A DNA stretch of 64,000 nt from Octopus vulgaris (lineage: Eukaryota): contig OX597815.1 of assembly GCA_951406725.2 (NCBI GenBank), forward strand, positions 177,816,001-177,880,000, read 5' to 3'. The notes beneath the pieces are model-generated. The model ran no database searches and was not told the DNA's origin. It saw nothing but the letters and a program-made list of their open reading frames with translations. Every line of letters begins with the position of its first letter. The stretch's first letter is position 1. A program made the translations under genes and the position numbers. Shown in pieces: positions 52,954 through 64,000 of the stretch.

Positions 52954-54995
52954 ACACAGTATTGTTGCTGAATATCTCAGGTTGTGAGGTTTAAAATAGT
53001 AATTTTCGAATCAGATCTTGTCGTACACCTCATTCACTGGCATGATTTCTGACAACTAGTACCATTTTCATAATTCATTCTACCAGTGGTGTTCGAACTG
53101 TGATAAGTACACGATTCTATAAGGCATTAGATGATTATCCGAAGGTAAGAATTATTGCCCTTGCATCGAAAGAATTGTGATTAGTTAAGAACTGTTGCTA
53201 TTATCATATATGTGTTTTCCATGCTGGTCTCCTCCAAACGCTTCAGTAATATTGTAAACTTGTGCTATTCTTGGAACCCTTGACTCTTTTGTAGAAAAAC
53301 CAAACATTAAAATTATTTGAAATAACCAACACTTTTCTACTTATTTCACCTCCGAATAACACCTTGTTTTACTTTGCCCTCTTTGCTCTCTGATTTGTTT
53401 CGTCGTTTCAATTGGTACCTTCTCTTAAGCTTGTCTCTTTATTCCTTGTATTTGGTGATGCCAAAACTAAGCTTTTTTTCATTATTTGAACTTTCATATT
53501 CTTATTCCAAGAATAAATTGTCAAGCTTTACTATTTCACTTAGTGTCCAGTTGAGAATATAATAGCTATAATTCAATTTCTTTCAAGTTCTTTTACCATA
53601 TCCAGAATCTCCACCATTTGTGTTGTTAGCTTTTGTACTCTTTGGCTAATTTTATGTATCCTAGTGTTCTCACGTAAGATATCTTTCTGAGATTGGGTGT
53701 TTTCTTTATACTATGGGTTAGATAAATTTTGTAGTCATAAACTTGCAATTTATAATCATGTCGTAGATGCGCGATACATTCTTGTATTCGTAGCAAATAT
53801 AATCAAAATCGAGTTTAGATGTAGAGATTATGTTTCATTTCGCTTTATCTAGTCTTCCTAATCACCTTCGCATCATGTTAGGAATATTACAAGCTATAAA
53901 TTAAAACCTCAATGTCTATTACGTTAGGTGTTCGTTTGTCTGTGCCACAAATATATTAATCTAATGCGTTTGTGATAATCATTCCTAACCCTAGATGTCA
54001 TTCGCGTCACATACACTGTATATGGTCTACCAATTTCTAAGTAAAACACAAATCTCTCTTTAGTACAATTCCCTTTTATATGATATGGTAGAGACATAGT
54101 TAATGATCTTCCCATTAACAATGTGACTTGATGATTTCCATCAAATCAGAGTTTATATTACTTCCGCTAATGAATCCTTGTAACAGAGTTTCAAGTTTCT
54201 GTTGATCTGTAATACGCAAGTTGAGGGCATTGATAAATAAAACACGATAGCATGAACTTGCATACAATCTTTTATATGACTGCCTGATTCGATATAACCT
54301 ACCGGCAACAATTGAGAGAAGGAAGTTCCACAAAATATTCTTCTTCTAGTAGAGTAAAAGACTAATTTTTTATAATTTGATCTATATCTGTAGCTGCAGA
54401 AATGTTTGTCTTTTAATACCTCGTTTTATAAACCTAATTATAACTGGCGCTGTCTTACTTTAGCAAATGTTGTTAGGAGACAACGGTGAGCCAGTTTGTT
54501 GAAAAGGTTCTGCTCATTAATCAACGTCATCATCAGAACTATAATTCTCCTATCATTTTAAGTCTTTATTGATCAGTAATTGATTTTACAGTCATAAGGT
54601 CCTTGGCTTCTGCGGGTATTTAATTTTATATTCCAGGTAAACATTAATCATCCGCGATGTTATTACAGTTATGGATTTTACTGTCTTTTCATATTTTGGT
54701 GGTTGGCAGTTTCGTTCTTCTTTGCGACTAAGATAATCTTTATTGCAGTGAGCCAGACTGTTTATCACAAGAATGGTTTTGCAGCTATACACACGCCTCT
54801 TCTGCCACCACACTGCCCCTCTTACAGACTATTACGAATGTCGATTTCCTGGTATATCTGTTTGGTTAGTGACAAAATCAGCGTCTTGTAACACGTAACG
54901 TCATGGTATTGTAGGCGTTGATAGGTATTTGTTTTTAAGATTGATCGTCAGTTTTTGCTTACTCGCAAACATACATCCACCCAGCCACTCACACA

Positions 54996-55032
<37 letters not shown>

Positions 55033-55223
55033 TCATACACTCAGACAAGTTCATATATAAAGTAATATTTCGAACTCTGTATAGACGCGAAAGCAGCAGA
55101 AAATTGAGTATTATTACCGTTGTATGACGGGGAAAAAATTGTCAACAAACAAACACTTTGTATGATACACATTCGACACTCCTAAATAACAAATATCAGT
55201 TTGTTTATATATATATATATATA

Positions 55224-55982
55224 CTAGCATTGCCGGGTCATAGTGCTAGTGCATGTATATATGTGTATATATATGTGTACATATTACATATACATCTATA
55301 TATATACATCTACACGTAAAATACAAAATACAAAGTTATATTTTGATATCGCTAGTGATAACAATACTGAAAATATATAACAAACTGGAATTGTAGGACT
55401 ATTCCATTTCCGCACGCTAATTTTATTTTTAATTTATTCCCATTCATGTGAAACCACTTATTCAAGTTCAAATCCTTGATGCAATTTTATACCAATTGCT
55501 ATTTTTACTTTTGTTATGTTACGATTATATTATAGTTTAGTTTGATTTTAATTATTACTTAATACATATAATTAAATTGTTATTATTATTTTTATTGTTA
55601 TCTGACATAAAATAGAGAAATGTTTTTGTTTCACTTTTAACATGTAATACTGAAATAGAAGATATGACATTGCTATGGGCTCGCCCTAGGCGAGAAGTTG
55701 AACATTTTTTTGCCCATGAAACTACATTGACCCTAAGTAAAGCATGTGTAAAATTTGAATAAAATTGGTTGTGTAGTTCTCGAGGTTTAGGGAATCGTAG
55801 TGGAGAAGATATGATATTGCTGTGGGCAAGAAGTTAAAATTTCTTTTTGCAGATGACACTCCCCGGACCCTAAGTAAGGCATGTGTAAAATTTGTAGAAA
55901 ATTGGTTGTGTAGTTCTCAAGTTTTAGGGAAACAGACAGACATACACACATACACACACACACATTCTCAGTTTATATATAC
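55224..55982 (-). mobile_element. Helitron-like non-autonomous element with an internal ~140-bp tandem duplication
   Basis: Begins a|ctag next to a GC-rich stretch in (TA)n. 'gaccctaagtaa.gcatgtgtaaaatttg..aaattggttgtgtagttctc' occurs twice. Confidence 0.55.
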
Positions 55983-55997
55983 ATTTATATATATATT

Positions 55998-56039
<42 letters not shown>

Positions 56040-56040
<1 letters not shown>

Positions 56041-56200
56041 GACGGGCTTCTATCAATTTCCGTTTACCAAGTTCACTCATAAGGCTTTGGTCGGCCTGAG
56101 GCTATAGAAGACACTTGCCCAAGGTGCCTCGCAGTGGGACTGAACCCAGAACCATGTAGATCGAAAGCAAACTTCTTAACCACAAAGCCACGCCGGCGCC
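56040..56200 (-). mobile_element. SINE family A 5' half
   Basis: 'agaagacacttgcccaaggtgcc.cgcagtgggactgaaccc'. Confidence 0.8.
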
Positions 56201-56553
56201 TACACAGTCAATCGTTGTTGTTATATATATATATATATGTGTGTTATTGTTGCATTTCTAAAAAAGCTATATATTTAGCGCCTAAAGTTGATGCAAATTG
56301 TTGTCAGCAGACAGTTTAGATTAATGGTAAAGTATTCAGCCGCTCTCTGGGATGCGGATTTGAGTCCCGTGGCTGTTTGTTGGCAACTTGTTCACGGCTT
56401 GCAAGAGCGATAATACCCAATTTTCTGCTGTTTTGCATGGCGATGCTGCGATCCAAATATTACTCTCTTATCTGTGTAATATGATACACATTCGATGCTT
56501 CTAAAAAACCAAAATTACGTTTGTTTATGAATAAGTTGTTGTTAAATATATGC

Positions 56554-56598
<45 letters not shown>

Positions 56599-56607
56599 GT
56601 GTGTGTG

Positions 56608-56642
<35 letters not shown>

Positions 56643-56654
56643 GTGTCTGTCTGT

Positions 56655-57580
56655 CTGTCTGTTTGAACTGGGAAATCCCAGAGGATTTTGCTAGTCTCCG
56701 ACCCGGCCCTTCTCTGCGGATTGCGCTCATAACACGTCGCGCCTCTCTCTAGACCCCCCTTTTCGCACAGTTTCCTATGTAGCACTTTCGATATCTCTTC
56801 GAGTCGCCACAGCTTGTAGTTATTTTGGGCAAGTCTAGGGCATTCGTTCGCGATATGGGCAATGGTTTCATCCACTCTATTGCAGATGCAGCACAGCGGA
56901 GACACTTGTTCATTCCTATGGTTGAATCCCCCGTTAGTGCCCAAAGCTGGGTCTTGCGCTGCCAATATATTTTAAGGGTTCCTTTCATCAGCCAATCCCA
57001 CCTATTTTTTATAGCAACTTCGGTTGGGGCTTCATGGAATTCATTGTGTTGTCCCTTTTTGCGTAATCTGCATGTCCTTTTTGTACTGCTTCCTTTGTTT
57101 TCCTTTTTTCCTTTCCTCTCAATATTCGTTCCTCACTGTCACTAGCAAAGTTTCCTTACTTTGGTCTAGGTATCTCATGAAGCTCTCGGGTTCGATACGT
57201 ACGAAGTCTTCCACACCTATCAGTCCCCTTCCTCCATTTGCACTCTTCAGGTATAGGCGAGCCGAGTCTGCGCGTGCATAATGGGCTCCAAGCATCGTTA
57301 GGAGCTTTCTTGCCTTCTTGTCCATCTCCTTTAGCTGCTTCTTTCTCCACCTCAGGATTCCAGCGCCATACCGAACTACCGTGACTGGGCGCGAGTGTAT
57401 TGTCGAAATCATGTTTCTGGTATTCAGTTTTGAAGCCAATATTTTCTTACTCGCCGCAGGAACTCCCTTTTTGTCTTGCCTTTCATGTAGTGGTGTTTGG
57501 TTCCATTTGCCTCAATGATTCCATGATATCTAAAGCTGGATTGAGATTGAACTGCCTTCATCATTTCACCGCTTGGTAAC
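56655..57580 (-). pseudogene. R4/Dong-clade non-LTR retrotransposon fragment (RT thumb, CCHC knuckle, start of RLE)
   Basis: YGAGILRW..L..MDKKARKLLTM.GAH...RLYL....GGRGL; AAQD.AL.T; CCIC...ETIAHIANEC; KILWDF..QTD. Confidence 0.88.
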
Positions 57581-58198
57581 CATCTGCCTTATGTCCATAC
57601 GTCTAATCGGATTCGGATTTTCACCATATTCGGCAGAAATGCTCATTGGATAACTGGACTGACTGCTTTAAATCTTGGTTTGATTATCCTCAAAACTGGC
57701 GGACAGGTGAATCAAACAATTTATTCTTTGTCATATATGCTTAAACGATAGGCATATCATAAACTCTTGGTGTCACTTTGTTTAAATATGAATTCAACTG
57801 AGAATATATTTATTGAATCAAGTTATATTTTATCCTTGTGTGCACGCAGGGTATGGATCACCTGCTCCGATGAACATTTTTATTCATTGCTCATCAATTT
57901 TCTTCCATAGAACTTTGTCGACTGAAATATAATTCCTCTTAAGTTCCATAGTAAAAATCTTTGAAGACATTTGTCGAAGGTATGTAGAGATTACAAGCGT
58001 TGTCAGAGAAAATATGAATATTAGGCGATAAATTATATAAAGCGAAATATACGGGTTTATCCATGTTTAGTTTTTTTATCTATTTTATCTATTTATACTT
58101 TTCTTTCCCATACTCTGTGTGCGTATGTATTTATGTATATATACATGTATATATAAATATATATATATATATATATACATATATATATCTGTGTGTAT

Positions 58199-58239
<41 letters not shown>

Positions 58240-58322
58240 TTGTGTGTGTATGGTATATATATATATATATACATATATGTTTACATACGCTAGATATATT
58301 CACTCACATATACATGTATATC

Positions 58323-58355
<33 letters not shown>

Positions 58356-61300
58356 GCGTTTGTGTATGTATATATAAATAAATCTGTATGTATCCATGTA
58401 CGTAAGTATGTATGTATATGTATGTATGTATGTATGTATGTACGTTCGTACGTATGTATGTATGTGTGTATGTAGGTATGTATGTACGTATGCATGTATA
58501 CACATTCTGCTATGTCGTGCGAGTACCACTCGTAACACATAATCCATCACAGCGTGGCACATGTTCAAATTATCCATAACTGAACGAGCAGAAATCCGAG
58601 ATAGCTTTGGGAGAAGAATTGTTTACGACTCAGCGAGAATGGAATATCACACTGTGTCGAAAGCACGAATGAACTTAACTTCTCTTCAACGACTGCCAAA
58701 TAATAGACGTGAAAGCAGAAGTAGACATATTAAAATCCTAAGTTAACTCGAGTTTTCAACAAAAATATTTTAAAATATCGCGGTCTCTCTACCAAATAAT
58801 ATGCATGCAACTCCTTTGTAGTTCAACAGGAAGTCTGAAATACATTCGATGCCATAATTGTGTACAATCACAGCTGATCTAATAGTCGGGTGGGAAGCAC
58901 ACATTTCCAGATTTTCTTAGAAATAATAAATTCGAAATATGAAAGACACTGATGAGAAAATCTTAACATAGATGTGGTGAATGTGTAATTTGAGGAAGAA
59001 ATATGGGAGACTATTAATAACATCTAAAAATCGTTTACAGATGATGATATAGAAACCTTATATGAAACCATACGCGATCGTCTGTATGATTCTTTTACTG
59101 AGCGTTGTACATAAATCACACAAGCTGTGCATTGTTCACATTGTGTCTTTCTCTAAAGATTTTGCCAAACACCTTGTGTTGGCCAGTTTGAGATTACTAA
59201 AGTCTGGCCGTGCAATAATGTAACAGAAAATCCAGAAACAGTGGACATATGTTATCTGAAAGTCTTTTGTGAAAATCTGAAAGCTATTCATCGATGAATG
59301 GTTTACTACAGATGCACAAATATCAGAACGATCTTTAAAGTGTGCTTAGAATTACAATGGTCTATAAAAGAACTAACAAAGCTGTTCTTGAGGATGAAAT
59401 AATTAAGTCCCTTCTTCAAGAGCCTCCATCTAAGGACAGTGTCATGTATCAAACAGTTGTTGAGGTTAAAGTGTTGTTACATAAACGTCCAATCGGCAAG
59501 GAATGTTTCACATATAATGACCTCAGAGATTTACAAATTTTACGCCGGTAAATTTTTGAGTGTTCACAAAATTTTTTACATGATCTTGGATTCTAGTACG
59601 GCCTCAAACAATACAAAGTTATGTCACTTTTCATATATGCCATAGTAAAAGCATACATCGATGTGCGACAGTCATGGCGTAATCCCACATTTATTAAATA
59701 ATCTCTTCACACGATATTTTGAATGCATTCAATACAGACCCAACTGGCTTCCTGAATTTCAAAAGTGCTTTCAAGCTCGACCTTGGGCAGTCGATATGAC
59801 TCTTGTATAAAGAGATGCTTGAGAGAAACATGCTCTGGAACACCACGTTCTATTACCAGATCTAACCAAAGTGTACTGTATCTTATGTAATGTTTTCTTC
59901 GAAGTTAGTATTCTAGATCAGATTAAAAACAACATTATATCATTTAAAAATTGGTCCATCTAAAATATGATTTCAATGATTGGTTCTTCTCTCTATAATG
60001 AACATTATTATATAAACAGATATTTCTAATCTATCAAATTCTGTTTTCCAATTTGCTTCTTTTTTATTAAGCAAATTTAATTTATTTATGGAAATTTTTA
60101 AATTGCCATTTCTCTCTAGAGCTGAAATAATAAAAGCTACTGTAGTTGTTGATGGTTAATATTCTGATCACTTTTATGTTCCAAATGGAACTAAAGAAGA
60201 CGCCGATATTTCTCCATGTTTCCATTTGTTACAAAAGTATGCATTTTATGAAAGTTTTAACAAGTTGAGCAAAATGAAAAATGAATAAAATATTTGATAA
60301 ATATCGAACCTGGGATAAAAATATCAATAATCAGATATGTACGACTACAAATATAACTTACTTAGGGGATATGAACATAACATTGATTTCAGGGATTTCA
60401 TGAAGTTTCGGATTTTGTACATTTTGGAATGTATTTTCGGAAAATGCATTCCGTACGGATTATCAAATCAGTTATTATGACATTATTTGATGAATCTAGG
60501 AAGAGAGAGACAGACTAATAAAATTAGAAACTTTCCCAAACCAGGCAGAAGCAATATAAAAGGGTCATATACTGAATATTCTACTCAAAAATTCTTAATT
60601 GAAGCTCAAGTCTAGTGGGAAAATGGAATAAGGTGTAGCAGGAATTATGAGCACGAAAAAAAATGAAGTCCTTTTAGGCCGCCGTGGTGTGAGGAGCTAA
60701 AGCTGTCTGGAAAATGAAGATAGATTAAGCAATAGCAGACATTAAACAGGAATCGAAAAGGAAGATAAAAGCAATGACAGCAATCAGACATCTGACAGAG
60801 AAGAGCGTTGAACATTAAACAGAATGGAAATACCACAGCGAAGAATATCATCTACAGAATGCTAAAGTTTGTGTTACTAAGGCAGAGTAGAAATGTGCAT
60901 GATCCTTTATTTGTTTCGGTCGAACTGTGGCTACCATGCAGCCCTATTTTGAAGAGTTTAGTTTTGAAGAGTTTCGGCCTGGTATTTATCTCTCAAATCT
61001 TTACTTACGCTATTGCACTTCCTTGTCAAATATATACGTTATAGGGACATAAATAAACCAGCATTGATTGTCAAGCATTCCTGGTAACAAGCACGAAATC
61101 ACGCACCTGTAAATAAATGTGTGTGTTTGTTGTAGTGTGTGAATATAAATGTCTATATGTATGCGTATGTGCACTATTGCAATTGAGTCTGGTTTTAGGA
61201 GGCTCGCTTCGAGAGTTGAATTCCCCCACGTTCGGTACATTGTGGTTATTATAGTAGTTTTGACTTTAAGAGTCCCTCTTAGCGTGAGGCATTTATGTAT

Positions 61301-63234
61301 AGTAATGCCCTTAATAATAAATATATTTATAAGGAATAATTAATTGTTTTCCTCATGGGGTTTTTTCAAGCTAACTATTTGATCAATTCTTATAAGATTT
61401 TTTATCCTATATTTAAATTATATATATATATATATATATACATATGTATGTATGTATTTATGTATGTATGCATGTATACGTATGTTTATAGGCGTGGCTG
61501 TGTGGTTGAGGTTAAGTCCTTTTTGTTTGTTTGTCCCTTGCTACTCCTTGACAACCGGTTTTGGTGTGTTTGTGTCCCCTGTTGGACTAGCAGAATAAGC
61601 ACCAGGAATTAAAAAAGTAAGTAGTGGTGTCGATTCGTTGGACCAAAGATGAGCCCGTGTGACCCTAAATATTTATTAATGATAAACAATTACCTAATCA
61701 TATTTATTGTCTTAAAAACTTTTCCTTTTCAAGGAACTGCACCGGTAGAACTGAGACAGGTAATATAATATAGCTTCATCAAACGGTAGTAATAAAATGA
61801 AAAACAAAAAAGACTTAACCGTTGACATAGAGAATTGAAATGTTCAAAGACGCTGGTAACTGCACATACAGTTAAGAAGCTCACTCGTAAGTTCATCGAA
61901 AACACATACTCACACGCACACGTATACGCATACGTTCATGCATATTTGTAAGAGTTTATGAGCAACAGTGTGTTTTTGTGTGTGTGTGTTTGTGTTTGGT
62001 CGGATCTTTTGTGTTTGGTCATCAACGCTTCACAAAACTACCGACCTAGTAAAATAGGACCAAAAAAATAGATATTCACTTTTCTTCAGTGTTTCAGCTG
62101 TTGTCGTTTTGCTGTGCGACATGGATGAAGTATTTTAGTCAATTGTTTATATCAGCGGTTGCTTGTAACCTGGTACTTCATTCATCGATCCCCTAATTAT
62201 GAAAGTGTTAAATGAAACAATTTTCAGGTAAAATTAACACACCCGAATTCATTTACATTTAACAACATCCTATATATAAATGCAAAGCACGCAGCCTACT
62301 CACACATACACACATACACACATACACATGCACACACACATTGAGAAATAGAAAGAGAGGCTTACAAACACTAAATAGAACTCAAATCAGAAAGCGTTAA
62401 CCAACCGGCGTCGAGGGTCATATTGCAGGACACTTCCTAAGTCGATACGCAATGGAAGCGAAACCGAAACGATACTGTTGCAAAGCGAATTTGGTAACCA
62501 CTGGTGCTCATATAATATATATATATACGTTAGGACATGCGTTTATTGTGCATATAAGCGATGTCACTTTGTAATTCAACGTTCTAATTAGATATGATGC
62601 GCATACCTATGAATAAATAACCTTCGCAGCTTTATGGCTTTTCATTTCTTCATATACTTGTCCATATCATTTCATGGGCTTTTATAATCGCGTTGTTTCA
62701 CCAATTCACGTTGTTCATTGCAGCTACTTCACAAAATGGAAAGAACTTAGTCATTAACAAGCTTCATTGAAATTTGCATTTTTATTCATGGCATTGATCT
62801 GGCAGGATTTTATTTAGGTTTTAATCTTCTGTTTTTACAGGAAGACGTCAGTTTCTAACATTTTCCATAAACAAATTAAATTTGTTTAATAAAAAGAAAA
62901 TAAATTTGTTAACAGAATTAAAAAACTGATAGATTACAAGTATCTGTTTATATAATACGGTTCTTTATAGAATGAGGAACCAATCATTGAAATCATATTT
63001 TAGATTGACGCCGTTTCTGGTTTTTTTTTATATATTTGCTTTCATTTTTGAAAAGGAATAAAACATTTCTCCGCGTCAATGAGTTCATTTATTCGTAGCC
63101 ATAAATTGAGGCATTATCTGCTTTTCAAAGATGGACGAATTTATGATTCAATTCACGAGAGAAAAAAATTGGTAATGTGAACAAAAAAATGAAACACGCA
63201 CGCACACGAACGCACGCGCACACACCCACACACG

Positions 63235-63273
<39 letters not shown>

Positions 63274-63788
63274 CGAATGAAGTGCTTGTAACAATTTGGT
63301 TAAGACAGGTATTTCATGGCACTCACATTATTAATTCGAAATATTGATGAAAAAATATCTTTTTTTTTCATCACCATATTTATCATTTGATGAATAAGAA
63401 TAATTAATAACTGATATTGTGTTACCTCCAAGTTTAATCTCGTTAAGGATACAAACATGTGTGACTATATGCGTATATATGCGTATATATATATTTGTGT
63501 GTATGTTAGTGTGTGTGTGTGTGCGTCAGTGGATGGGTGTTACATACGGAATGAGTGTATATATCATAACTTCAAACATAATTCCTACAACCGAAATATA
63601 TTGCAATATTTTATTTGGGAATAAATATAAACATTTAAATTCTATTCAGTGTTCAATGATTTTACTTATACACACACACACACGCATACGCATATGCACG
63701 CACACGCACACAAACATATATATATGTATATGAGTATATATATTTATGAATATATGTATGTATACAAATGAGTATATAAATTAATGAA

Positions 63789-63830
<42 letters not shown>

Positions 63831-64000
63831 TGAATTGAAGAAATGGAGCTGAACGCAGATTGAACAGAAATCGTTTTATTTCATTCTACACGTGTTTCGA
63901 AAGGCACAAATTACCAAAATCCGATTGAATAATGGGACCATATTGTGTCTTTGATTAATCTACTACAAGATTATTCATCTTTCTATTTCACATAATATAT

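Noticed and set aside
53250-54600. Possible decayed coding or transposon sequence on the minus strand
   Set aside because: Only short ORFs without motifs; it cannot be classified by eye.
58840-59800. Possible decayed hAT-like transposase sequence
   Set aside because: No diagnostic motif or TIR could be read with confidence.

Overview
This is an AT-rich, microsatellite-dense eukaryotic window. Its SINE families resemble octopus/cephalopod repeats (recognised from memory, not from a search). No intact protein-coding gene is visible, and most long ORFs in the track are microsatellite artefacts. Recognisable content: tRNA-derived SINEs of two main families, decayed Penelope-like (RT + GIY-YIG), R4/Dong-like, RTE-like and Gypsy fragments, two mariner and one Tc1-like element, and non-autonomous Helitron-like elements. 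The main signal is a dense, diverse set of small non-coding elements carrying type I hammerhead ribozyme (HHR) motifs: helix I, CUGANGA, helix II, GAAA, a usually palindromic helix III, then NUH. Manual reading found about 20 motif copies (some degenerate or partial) at about 15 loci, from mostly unrelated families, many next to (TA)n. They occur as head-to-head fold-backs, tandem or terminally redundant monomers (~430-560 bp period), a tRNA-head+HHR fusion, and a ~165-bp hairpin capped by a hammerhead. They are strongly biased to the minus strand. This looks like a Penelope-driven, retrozyme-like non-autonomous system. All folds were read by eye and no activity has been shown.
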